DNA of 64,000 nt, taken from NCBI RefSeq assembly GCF_009914755.1, contig NC_060929.1. The stretch is one strand, 5' to 3'. Below, piece by piece: positions 13,167 through 24,884 of this stretch. The notes beneath the pieces were generated by a model, which was given only the letters and a program-made list of their open reading frames with translations, did not search any database and was not told where the DNA came from. Origin of the DNA: the human T2T-CHM13v2.0 reference genome, Homo sapiens. Position numbers and translations under genes: made by a program. Numbering within the stretch: the first letter of the stretch is position 1; each line of letters starts with the position of its first letter.

Positions 13167-13699
13167 AAATAATTCCACATAAGATGCCATTTTTAAGTGT
13201 TTTGCAGCTTTAAAAACAAAAGGTTAGAAAATATTTCTCTGAATTAACTTCATTAATGTACATGACAATTCAATTATATTCCCATTTAGTCATTACAAAG
13301 CTTGTTCTTAAGAAACCTTGTTAGGGGAAGATAGAAAATTGTGAAATCAGCAATCAGCAGTATAAGAGATGGTCTAAAATTTTATGAAATATCTCATAAA
13401 TATTAAGTAATATTTAAATGCTTTTGAGAATCTCTTCATCTCCTATACAGATTGCATTATTGTTTTACATATTTAATTTGTATGACATATAGAGGAAGCT
13501 CTAAAGAAGTGTGAACTATCAGTGAAATATAACCTGGGCTTTTGGCCATGAAACAATCACACTGAGCAGATAAGTGCTGATTGTCGATGCTAACATATTT
13601 TCTGAGATCAGTGATACAGATGATTTTTAGCTTTATTCTTTCTAGTAATACTAAGTTTAGATATCTATCTTATAGCTCAACTTGAGCATTAAGGGTCAG

Positions 13700-14700
13700 A
13701 AATTGAAATTGAAAGAATACAGCTATAAAGTTCAGGAATTAATTGAATGGGCATTGTTGAAATCCAAATTAGTAACCTGAAAGATTAAGAGATTAAAACC
13801 ACTGAAGAATTCCACATAAGATGCCAGTAAAAAAAAGATTAAGATTTTGCCATAAGATAATGCAAAAATAATAATAAAGAAGAAGGGAAATAATAAGAAA
13901 ACATTAGAGAGTTGGAGGATAAATCCAAGAGTACTAACCACAAATAATAGGTAATCCAGAAAGAAAAAGCAACACATGAACATAGAAAAACCGTGATTAA
14001 ATAAATTTTTAAATTTTTTCTGAGAAAAAAATTTAGGAAAGAACTGTAACCAGAAATACAAATGTTAGGATGGAGACATCATTATAAGAGAAGAAACTGA
14101 ATAAGGGCAAGCAATTAACTTTGCAGAGCACACAGTTCAATTTAAATGCATAATGATACAGTGGCTGCAAATACATAATTTAAGCACTCGGTAAGGCTTG
14201 TTGGCATAGAAAATACATACTGTTGGTGAAAACATCATAATAGTCTGGTGCTAAAAGTACGAAGATATCTCAGAAAAAGATAAACAAATGAATAGATCAT
14301 TAAAAAAAGGATAGGATGTAGAGGTAGACTATTCTCAATATCTCTTTTTGGACAATAAGGAAACAGAAAAATATAGTTTATTATGAGGAGAAATTATTTA
14401 TAAATTACTTTCATATAGCAGATAAATGTATTTTACTATGACAAAGGTATGAGGCCATTAGAGCAATAGAATATACAATAAAACTCCAAAATAGCAGCTT
14501 GTCCCCACCAGTAAAAATAAAATGGCAAAAGGTAAACAATAATGTAATATAAACAGTAGACATACATGAACCAGAAGAAAGAAAATCTATTATATCCATT
14601 GTTATGCTAAATATAAACAATAACAGCATTCACACTTTTGTATGGAAAAGGTATTATGAAAGAAAACAAAGAAATCATTCTTGTAGTCACACTTATAACG
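13700..14700 (+). mobile_element. Degraded old L1ME/HAL1-like ORF1 region
   Basis: A-rich; GGAGGATAAATCCAAGAG..AATAATAGGTAATCCAGAAAGAAAA resembles old ORF1. Confidence 0.4.
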
Positions 14701-14846
14701 GGTCATTATTTATGAAGGACATTGGATGGGAAAACGTGGAGAGAGACAGGAAGAAAGGGAGGAAGAAGAGAGCTTGGGAAGGAGAGAGAAATCCTATAGG
14801 ACTTCACTGGAAACTTCCTCCCATGCTTATTAGAATTATTCACCCA

Positions 14847-15018
14847 GTCCAGGTACAGTGGCTCCTGGCTCTAATTCCAGCACTCTGGAAGGCCAAGGCA
14901 GGAGGATCACTTAAGCCCATGAGTTTGAGGCTGCTGAGAGCCATGATCACACCACTATACTCCAGCCTGAGTGACAGAGGAGACTGTCTCAAAAGCAAAA
15001 ACTAAAACAAAAGCAGTA
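14847..15018 (+). mobile_element. Alu monomer (left-arm start, right-arm end; FRAM/AluJ-like)
   Basis: Single arm with A-rich tail; TSD AGAATTATTCACCCAG (14832-14847) / AGAACTATTCATCCAG (15019-15034). Confidence 0.85.
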
Positions 15019-15466
15019 AGAACTATTCATCCAGCTACAAATTAAAAGGAAAAATTTATGTTTAAAAAAAAAATTTTAAGTTCCGGAATACATGTGTAAA
15101 ATGTGTAGGTTTGTTACATAGATAAACATGTGCCATTGTGTTGTACTGCACCTATCAACCCATCACCTAGGTATTAAGCCCCACATGCATTAGCTACTTA
15201 ACTTGATGCTCTCCCTCCCCTTCCCCATCCCCGCATAGGCCCCAATGTGTGTTTTTCCCCTCCGTGTGTCCATGTGTTCTCATTGTTCAGCTCCCACTTA
15301 CAAGTGAGAACATGTGCTGTTTGGTTTTCTGTTCCTGCATTAGTTTGCTGAGGATAATGACTTCCAGCTCCATCCATGTCCCTGCAAAGAACATTATCTC
15401 ATTCCTTTTTGTGGCTGCATAGTATTCCATGGTGTATATGTACCACATTTCTTTTTTTTTTTTTTT

Positions 15467-16371
15467 CCATTGCCATGATTATTTTTTATTGATGCTCAAA
15501 TGATCCCATCCTTGACTAGTGAGAGGAGCCCCTTCAAGTTGGTTTCTGAAGACTTTTTATAGTGTCCTTCCTTTTTGGTATGATGATATGTTTAGGTTCA
15601 TCTTATGCATCTTCTGTCTCAGCCCTCAGTCATTTCTTCAGGGAGCTCTTGTTCTTTTCAGCAGGAAAGGATATATGGAGGCACATTTGGATGCTTGAAC
15701 ATGGATGACAGACTTTTTAATAGATGCTTATCAGAATATCTGTAGAGTCCAAAAATGTCTTCTTTCACCTTGAATTTGAATGGAGAGAAATTCAATTTTT
15801 TCTTTTATGAAATATGGAGTGTTTTCGTTCGTTGTTAGAGAAAAAGGAAAACAAAGGTTTTAGATAGAAATAAAATGAAGCCTTAACTCCCCTTTAAAAT
15901 GGATTGTCCTCTCTCTGCCATACTTTGTTCATCATGTCCAGTGAAGAGAGATGCTAATAAGCCTTTCATATTTCCAGCTACGTAAAAACCAGGCAGTGTT
16001 TAAAGATTATCATTATAGCATTTGTTTGATATATTTCTTAAGTCTTTTTTTATCTCCAGGTCCCCCGTCCCTGTAGGCTCCCCTCTCACAGACACAAGTC
16101 TTCTTCCTGGCATTTTTAGGAGGGCCTGGCGTTTTGTTTGGATAATTTTGCTTTATTATCTATCCTCAGCTTATACTGCATCACTAGTGAAAATCTTAGT
16201 TTTGTGTTTGGTGTAAGTAATGTGTTTCTGGATATTTTTATCATAAAAACTCATTTTATTATACATAAGAGATGGAAATATATCATTAGACTGATTGTAT
16301 ATTTAAATTATGAATCAAGTTAGAGGAGAATGGAATATTGCCCCCTTATGGGAAGACTCTGGAATGTAGAA
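15467..16371 (-). other. Putative L1 3'-transduced DNA (includes an L1MC-like fragment near 15480-15700)
   Basis: Lies between two minus-strand poly(A) tails and inside one TSD; minus-strand AATAAA at 15485-15490. Confidence 0.8.
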
Positions 16372-16926
16372 TTTTTTTTAATTTTTCTTTTTTTTATTAT
16401 TATTATACTTTAAGTTTTAGGGTACATGTGCACAATGTGCAGGTTAGTTACATATGTATACATGTGCCATGCTGGTGTGCTGCACTCATTAACTCGTCAT
16501 TTAGCATTAGGTATATCTCCTAATGCTATCCCTCCCCACTCCCCCCACCCCACAACAGACCCCCAGAGTGTGATGTTCCCCTTCCTGTGTCCATGTGTTC
16601 TCATTGTTCAATTCCCATCTATGAGTGAGAACATGCGGTGTTTGGTTTTTTGTCCTTGTGATAGTTTACTGAGAATGATGATTTCCAATTTCATCCATGT
16701 CCCTACAAAGGACATGAACTCATCATTTTTTATGGCTGCATAGTATTCCATGGTGTATATGTGCCACATTTTCTTAATCCAGTCTATCATTGTTGGACAT
16801 TTGGGTTGGTTCCAAGTCTTTGCTATTGTGAATAGTGCCGCAATAAACATACGTGTGCATGTGTCTTTATAGCAGCATGATTTATAGTCCTTTGAGTATA
16901 TACCCAGTAATGGGGTGGCTGGGTCA
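16372..16926 (-). mobile_element. L1PA2-like 5'-truncated element
   Basis: Near-consensus young 3'UTR (GGTTAGTTAC, GCCATGCTGG, TTTAGCATTAGGTATATCTCC, ATTTCCAATTTC); ORF2 C-terminus in ORF 16608-16850; GAG rather than the Ta-diagnostic ACA. Confidence 0.9.
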
Positions 16927-17854
16927 TATTTCTTTTATCCAGTCTATCACTGATGGGCACTTGGGTTGATTCCATGTCTTTGCTACTGTGAATAGTGCTG
17001 CAATGAACATATGCATGTGTGTATCATTATAATGATTTATATATATCTATATTTATATATTTATATATATATCTATATCTAATGATTGATATATATATCA
17101 TTAGAATGATTTATATTCCTTTATATATCCAGCAATGGGATTGTTGGGTCAAATGGTATTTCTGGTTCTAGATCTTTAAAGAATCGCCACACTGTCTTCC
17201 ACAATGGTTGAACTAATTTACATTCCCACCAACAGTGTAAAAGAGCTTCTATTTCTCCACAGCCTCGCCAGCATCTGTTGTTTCTTGACTTTTTAATAAT
17301 TTCCATTCCCACTGGAGTAAGATGGTATCTCATTGTGGTTTTGATTTGCATTTCTGTAATGATCAGTTGTGTTGAGCTTTTTGTAATATGTTTGTTGGCC
17401 ACATAAATGTCTTCTTTTGAGAAGTGTCTGTTCATGTCCTTTGCCCACTTTTTAATGGGGTTGTTTGTTTTTTTCTTGTAAATTCATTTAAGTTCCTTAA
17501 AGATTCTGGATATTAGACCTTTGTCAGATGGATAGATTGCAAAATTTTTCTCCCATTCTGTAGGTTGCCTATTTACTCTGATGATAGTTTCTTTTGTTGT
17601 GAAGATGCTTTTTAGTTTAATTAGATCCCATTTGCCAATTTTTGCTTTTGTTGCAACTGAAATCTTTGCCCGTGCCTGTGTCAAGAGTGGTATTGCCTAG
17701 ATTTTCTCCTAGGGTTTTTATAGTTTTGGGTTTTATATCTAGGTCTTTAATCCATCTTGAGTTAATTTTTGTACAAGGTGTAAGAAAGGGGTCCGGTTTC
17801 AGTGGAAACACTTATTTTAAAAGATATCACCAGAGTTGGGGAAGATTTTTTTAA

Positions 17855-17975
17855 AAGTTTGGAAGATGGATGGTGGTGACTGCACAACAACCTGAATATC
17901 CTTAATGCCATGGAGCTGTACCTTTAAAAATAGTTAATATAATAAATTTTGTTATTTATATCTTACCCCAAGGAA
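17855..17975 (+). mobile_element. L1MB/MC/ME 3' end fragment
   Basis: GATGGATGGTGGTGACTGCACAACAAC..AATGCCATGGAGCTGTAC..TTAAAAATAGTTAA. Confidence 0.65.
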
Positions 17976-18394
17976 AAAGTTAACATCAGGATATTTGTGG
18001 TTTTAGTGTTCTAATAACTCTTAATGACATAGGAAAATATTAAGGGAACAAAAATTAAAAACAAAAGAAAGAGAAAAGAAAACCATAGCCACATTGTAGC
18101 AGTCCATCATTTAAGTTCAAATGCTAAACACAGAAAGTTTCCATTTGTTATTTTGAATGCCTACCATGCTCTTTTTTATTTAAAATGTGGCCTTTGCAAC
18201 TAGAAAAGTAGTCCTGGCTCTCAGCTCAGAGCAATACTGAGGAAATGCTTAATGAAAGGATAAAGGATATGAATGCTTTTGTTCTAGATTCTTCTGCTTT
18301 TGGGTAGACACATATCATCTCATCTTCCCAGTTCTCTCTATTCCCCTAGTAGAAAGCCAAGAATGCTGCCACAGTAAATTCAAGATAAACCCTC

Positions 18395-18808
18395 TGTATT
18401 AGTTTGTTCTCACACTGCTATAAGGAAATATCCGAGACTGGGTAATTTATAAAGAAAAGAATAATTGACTCATGGTTCTGCAGGCTGTACAGGAAGCATG
18501 GCAGCATCTGCTTCTGGGGAGGCCTCAGGAAACACAGTCATGGTAGAAGGCAAAGGGGACGCAAGCTGGGCTTTACAAGGCTGGAGCAGGAGGAAGTTTG
18601 GGGCAGCAGGGAGGTGCTTCACACTTGTAAAATGACCAGATCTCATGAGAACTCACTCACTATACAGCACCAAGGGGGGATGGTGCTAAACCATTCATGA
18701 GACACCTACCCACATGATGCAGTCACCTCCCACCGGGTCCCACCTCCAACACTGGAGGGTACAACTCCACATGAGATTTGGGCAGGGACACAGATCCAAA
18801 CCATATCA
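18395..18808 (-). mobile_element. MSTA-like solo LTR
   Basis: TGTATTAGT...CCAAACCATATCA termini; TSD CCCTC / CCTTC. Confidence 0.9.
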
Positions 18809-18844
18809 CCTTCTATCTTCATGCAGCCCATACTCAGTGCATTA

Positions 18845-19200
18845 GTACCAGAGACTGGTGGCTTAAACAACAGAAATTTTATTTTCCCCCCATCCTGGAG
18901 GCTAGAAGTCTGAGAGCAAGGTGTCAGTAGAGTTGGTTTCCTCCAAGGCCTCCCTGCTTGTTTTGTAGATAGCCTTATTCTCCCTGTAGCTTCTCATGGT
19001 CTCGGCTCTGTGTGTGTCTGTTTCCTAACCTCCTCTTAGAAAAACACAAGTCATATTGGATTAGCAACCACCTTTAAGACCTAATTTTAATTTAATTACC
19101 TCTCTACAGATCCTTTCTCCAAATACAGTCAAATTCAGAGATAATGGGAAATTAAGACTTCGATGATTCAAATTTATGGGAACACAGGTTAGCACATAAC
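18845..19200 (-). mobile_element. MLT1A0-like LTR
   Basis: GGTGGCTTAAACAACAGAAATTT..CTGGAGGCTAGAAGTCTGAG..TCTCCAAATACAGTCA. Confidence 0.8.
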
Positions 19201-19704
19201 TCCTGGCTTCCTTTATAGCTGCTTGCTGAGGATAGGAGGGACAACATTTCACTCCCCCAGACTTACCAATGAGCAGGCTGCCGGGAGGCATTTTGGGGTT
19301 CATCTTCCACTTGCAAAATCGATAAAAGAGACTGCTTAGAAGAACCAGGGCCAGGATATGTGGAATATTACTTCACCAGCAAAACAATAGCCTCTGATTA
19401 TTATATTATGGCATTAACCTAAATGTTTTGTGCCAGGCCCTTGGTGAATATGGACCAGTGACAGAAATAAGAAAATACTTCTAAAAACCTGAAAGTTAGG
19501 ATCTGAATCATCTTTTTTTCCTGATAGGTATGGCATTTCTCTCAGATCAAATTAGTAATTTTTTGTTTAAGTTGCAAATGATTAAGTTTTATTTAACTTT
19601 TAAAGATTTCAAAATACATATATTCTAGGGGGAGGGGGTGTAGAAAAGATAATATAGTCAGCTCCAGAAATATAGAATCAGTGTCTTTGAAAAGAAGTGT
19701 CTCA

Positions 19705-19832
19705 GTTTATTCATCCATCAAATATTGCTTCAGTATCTATCATATAAGAAGCACTCTACTAGTTGCTACAAACAACAATTACTGGAAGAGACCATCTTTG
19801 TCTTCTTGGAGCTTACAGCCTGGTGGGGAGGG
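19705..19832 (-). mobile_element. L2 3' fragment
   Basis: TTATTCATCCATCAAATATT...TGGAGCTTACAGCCTGGTGGGGAG. Confidence 0.55.
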
Positions 19833-20009
19833 ATACTGTGGGCTATATAACCTCTTCACATCACACAAATCATATAAAATGATGGAATATTAAAGCTAGA
19901 ATGAAAAGCATCAAATATTCTCAAACCTACCATGAATTTGGATCTTTCAAGGTTCTATAAAAGTATTGCTGCTTGAGAAACACTCAATTAAAAATTGATT
20001 GCTGAATAA

Positions 20010-20855
20010 ACAGTTTTCCAAAGAAGGTATACAAATGGCCAATAAGCACATCATTAGCCACCAGGGAAATGCAAACCAAAAGCACATTGAGTTACTACTT
20101 CGTATGCATTAGGTTGGCTATAATGAAAAGGACAGGTAATAACAACTGTTCTTGAGGAGAAAATGGATCCATCACTGCTTGTAGAACTGTAAAATGCTAC
20201 AGCATTTTACAATCTAGACACGCCACAAAATATTAAACATATTCACCATTTACCCAGAAATTCCACTCCTAAGTATATATCCCAAGGAAATAAAAAACAT
20301 GTTCATACAAAAACTTGTTAACACACATTCATAGCAGCATTCTTCATAATAGCCAAAAAGTGAGAACAACTCAAGCATCAATCAAGTGATGAATTGGTGA
20401 GTAAATGTGGTATATCCACACAATGAAATATATTTAACAATAGAAAGGAATGAAGTTCTGATTCATGCTGCAACATGGACAAACATTGAAACATTATGCT
20501 AAATGAAACAAGTCAGTCACAAAAGACAACATATTGCATGATTCCATCTGTATGAAATGTCCAGAAAAGGCAAATGTATAGATACAGAAAGATAAGTGGT
20601 TCCCTAGGGTTTCTGAGAAGTTGGAGGGAACTGGGACCTGACTGCTAGTTGGAATAAGGCTTCTAGGCAGCTTGTTAGTCAAGTGGTATGATTCTTGTTT
20701 GCAGGGGGTGTGGGAATGAGGCTTCTTTTTGGAGTGGTGAAATTGTTCTAAAATTGTGACAATGATTGCACAATTTTGTGAATATATGAAAAACTGTATA
20801 CTTTAAACAGATGAATTGTATGCTATGTGAGTCCATCTCAATAAAGCTGTTATTT
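20010..20855 (+). mobile_element. L1MB7/8-like 3' end
   Basis: CCAAAGAAGGTATACAAATGGCCAATAAGCACAT ... ATCTCAATAAAGCTGTT. Confidence 0.85.
20665..20712 (+). pseudogene. Tailless retrocopy of the tRNA-Pro 5' half
   Basis: AGCTTGTTAGTCAAGTGGTATGATTCTTGTTT matches GGCTCGTTGGTCTAGTGGTATGATTCTCGCTT at 26/32 by eye; flanked by a 14-bp direct repeat (13/14). Confidence 0.75.
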
Positions 20856-23147
20856 CTAAAATGCCAATTGCTTCCATTTTACATTTCTTGTCAATATCAT
20901 GTTAAATGAAATGAAAAAACAGGTGCGAAAATAGAACGGCCATTCCTGATATAAAGTAATCACCAAGATAACCCAGATTATGTATTTATTCTTTACAATT
21001 TCCATCAAAATCATGGCTCAATCTTAGCAAAGTCAGGGAAGGAATCACATTTTTCTAGTTCTCAGAACAATGTTCTTTCTAGTACACCACCATAACACTT
21101 AATAATTTCTCCTGATTTATCGCATTCACCAGATAGTACAGAGAATATCACTCCGTGGAATCCTGCAGTGCACTACACAAACAGCAGTACACAGTGACCC
21201 TGATTGGATCACCACTCCAAAATGTAAAAGAGGTCTATTATTAAGTATTTGAACTCTCAAAGGTTATATATGCCCTGATTTGCTTACTGGGACTAACCAT
21301 ATATCTTGCATTCTATTATCTTTGCCCAGGACCATAAAATCAGCATTAAGAAAATCAAAGCATTTACTGACAGCATTTACTGCAAGTTACCTCTCTGAAA
21401 AGAAACCAGTGAAATCAGGGACTGCTCACTAGGTGAATAAATGTGTCTTGCTGATTTTCTCCAGGTTAGCAACCCCATGCAACCTTCAAAAACAAACCTA
21501 AATCATTTTAGATTTAGAGGAATGTAACAAGTCAGCATATGATAAAATATGGTAATTTAATTTGTTTCTCTTAATTTAATTTTCACACGCCAAAGGTGCA
21601 GACTAAAAGGGTGTTAAAATGCAGGGAACAACTTTATAGAATTACCCTTGCTCCCTGTAAGAGGTTATGAAGATGACATTGGGGAGCATTTTCCTGAACC
21701 ACTAAATTTTAATGCGTGGCTGATTTGGGCATTTTGAGATGAATTGAGTAAAGGGCTGATCTGATTTCCTTGAGATTTACTGTGAGCATAGATCAAAAAT
21801 ACACATCCTTGGTGTTTCCCTAAGGTCCTTCTGTTTTCTGTTTAGAAGGCAGGGCACTATATAAGTAAAATGCTGAATCATGTCCGGTCTATGGAGATGT
21901 TGAACACAATTTTTTTTAAATACTGATTCTTCTTCAACTGGTCCAGTGAATTAATAAAGAAATTTATTTAAATAATAGAGTAAGAAAATTGATATGTTTA
22001 ATAACTTAAAAATCACGAAGAAACACAACTCATTCCCCAATAATAGTTATTAAAAAGTTAATATTACCTTTATTTTTTATCAGAAAGGTAATGCCTATGC
22101 CTTAAAGAAAAGGTTAAATATAAAGAACATTTTTACTATCCCAAGAGCCATTAGCATAAAACAACGTTAATGTGTTAGTGTATTTCCTCCCATTTCTCTT
22201 CCTCAAGTATGATCTGTTTTGTTTTTCAAAGCATCAACCATCTATTGAAACCATGCTGTTTATCTTTACAGTTTGGGTCCAATGTACAGTATTTAAATCT
22301 GAATGTCATGTTCTTTGCACACACATACACACACACACATGCACACACACGCTTCACCCATCATTCTCTGATCCAAAGGATAAGTACTATTGCTCTAGTT
22401 TTCTTACCTTAGCCAGAATATGTAACCATCCCTTTGAAGATAAAGAAGGTGGAAGATTCCAGAATTTAGAGCTGATTAGTCTGTTCCAAACAGTTCCCAA
22501 AACATGGGGTTGAAATGAAACCTGAAAAAAAGGCAATTGCCCCTGTCAATGCTGAAACATACCAGCAGCCTGTACAGTTCCAACGCTAATGCTTGGGCCT
22601 GAAACTTCTTTAGAAGAAGTTAATGCCTTTCCAGGCAGGTCACAGAATTTCTTTAAGATGGGAGGCAGGCAATCTTTCCATCAGTGATATAGGATCTAAG
22701 GATGTTTTACACCATCACTGGCCTTGGATTCCAATATTATAACTATTTGGATTCAGTCACAAAAGCCATTTTGCTGAAGCACAAGCCTTGCTTGCATAGA
22801 GTATATCCCTATGTCACCCATAAGAGAACAATACCATTTCCTTTGACCTGTAGTTTTAGAGCAGGAAAGAGCCTATTCAATCATGCTGTGCCTTTCTACT
22901 TTTATTGACATTTCATTTCTTAGGTCACATTGCTTTGACCTGATCCCAGGGCCTCACTCAGGGCTACGTCAGTCCAACTATCTTAGGAGAAAAGAGTTGG
23001 GTCTTGATCCTATCTCTCTGAAAAAGTTCCAGGGCACCTTATGTAAATGAGCTCATTAATTTCAAGACAAACTTCCAGTTGCAAAAATCATTGCTGTCCT
23101 TAAGGAGATACAATTTTGCCTCACCAAATCTAGTTACTATAAAGACA

Positions 23148-23410
23148 AGGCAACATCATTGGGCAATTACGAGCATGGGTTCTGAAGCCTCAATGTCTTG
23201 GTTGAAATATCACCCTTGTCATTTATTTTCTTTATGACCTTTGTCAAAATACTACAAACGTTCTTTTCCTAGACTTCCTTATGTGCATAACAGGAATGAT
23301 ATCACTACTTCCTTTACAGAGTTGTTACGAGAATTCAATGAGGTTAAAAATGTAATGCACTTAGAAAAGTGTCATATAGTAAACACTGAGTACATGCTGG
23401 CTATCAGTAT
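23148..23410 (+). mobile_element. MIR SINE
   Basis: GAGCATGGGTTCTGAAGCC..., ACAGAGTTGTTACGAGAATTCAATGAG. Confidence 0.7.
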
Positions 23411-24449
23411 CTTGATTGTTTTTACTTATGATTATGAATATTTTGTTATTTTTAATGACTACCTATTTTGTATTGAATGAGTGTAAGTTTATTCAACAAT
23501 TCTCTTATAATTGGACATTTTGTTTCTTTTCAGTTTTTACTATTAGAAACTTTTATTTGATGTAAATACCTTTGTGCATGATTTTTTCATGTTCAGTGGT
23601 TTTTTTGAGTTGCACTTCCCCCAAATGTAAATTAATAAATCAAGGAATAAATAGTATAAAGCTCCTGATATATTTTGCCAAAATATCTTACAGGACCACT
23701 CTGATTATTTTCACCAATTTTGGCACCAATTTAGTCTCAGAATTCAAAAGGAAAAATATGAAGGAGAAAAATGCATTTAGAAAAGTGTCATATCACAAAC
23801 ACTGAGTAAACACAAAAGAAGCACAAAGATCTTATATCAACATAGTTTATAATAGTAAAAACTGAAGAGAAACTAAGACTCTCCCAAAAGATTTTTTAAA
23901 AGATTTCAAACAAAACCACCATGAATTATTCTGGCTATTATTCCCCATCTTTTGTTCTGCGAGCAATAATCCTATGCCAAATTTATACGTAGATGTTCCT
24001 TGCTTTTGACTTTTCAGGGACCTGAATTTCAACTCAATAAAAACACAAAGTGGTAGCTGACCTGTAATATAAAGTCTCAGTTGATACACCTGTCAGTTAA
24101 TATTGCTTAACCATGTACTCTGTCAAAAGCCCTACAATGAAATCTGGAGAAATGAAGGAGTGACTTAGAAGAAAATACCCTGAGATAAATCAGAAATACA
24201 TATACTAATGGTAGCAGATAAAGAAAACTTAGAAAAACAAACTCCTTCCCTGCTGTCAAATGTTATTATAGAATAGCAGTACACCATAGTAATTAATCTA
24301 AGCGCTGGGATTAGACTGATTAGTGCGAATGTGAAGTCCATCACACACAAAAAATTTTACTTTGAGCTAATCTTACAGTTAAATTTAGATAAAATCACAT
24401 GGTAGGTTGAATGTAAATTTTGATATGGAAATTACTGTGCATAGTACAG

Positions 24450-24790
24450 GTATGGCTGAATTCAGCTTGACCCCTAACATTCAGTTCCCTACCCCTCATA
24501 GAGATTTGGATGGGCATGTAGCCACACAGCTTTACCACATTCCCCAGCAAACCTTGCATCTGTGCTTGGCCACGTGATAAAGTTTTGGCCATTGGGATGT
24601 GAAAAGAAATTAAATGTACAATATCTGGATATTGCCTTTAAAAGGAGTGGCCGTGTGATAGAGTTTTTTGGCAATTGGGATGTGAAAAAAAAATTAAATG
24701 TACAATGTCTGGATGTTGCCTTTAAAAGGAGTGGGTGTGTACTCCATAGGCCTCTGACTCTTCCCACAGGCTGATACTTGGTGAGAAGTG
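24450..24790 (+). mobile_element. Old MLT1J/K/L-like LTR fragment with internal tandem duplication
   Basis: CCCAGCAAACCTTGCA..TGGCCACGTGATAAAGTTTTGGCCATTGGGATGT. Confidence 0.5.
24567..24731. repeat. Tandem duplication (81 + 84 bp)
   Basis: TGGCC(AC/GT)GTGATA...TTGCCTTTAAAAGGAG twice in tandem. Confidence 0.95.
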
Positions 24791-24884
24791 GTTTACCCCA
24801 GGCAGAGGGGCCCATTGGAATCTTGGGGGAACTGCTCTTTGAATACGTATAATGAAAAGAATCTGAGTGCCAGAGATGAATTTT

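Larger units (their letters stand above)
15073..17803 (-). mobile_element. L1PA7/8-like 3' portion (15073-15455 and 16925-17803), split by a younger insertion
   Basis: L1 3'UTR continuing into ORF2 C-terminal remnants (ORF track 17121-17435 ...[27 protein letters not shown]); sequence is collinear across the gap. Confidence 0.92.

Noticed and set aside
16608-17811. ORFs resembling the L1 ORF2p C-terminus
   Set aside because: Fragments of truncated L1 copies, not functional genes.
21130-21202. Possible MER91-like end (and a hAT-like relic near 59440-59580)
   Set aside because: Similarity too weak to call without a profile search.
24567-24731. Direct repeats as a CRISPR-like array (also 37080-37149, 53748-53833)
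   Set aside because: No spacers, no cas genes, eukaryotic LTR context.
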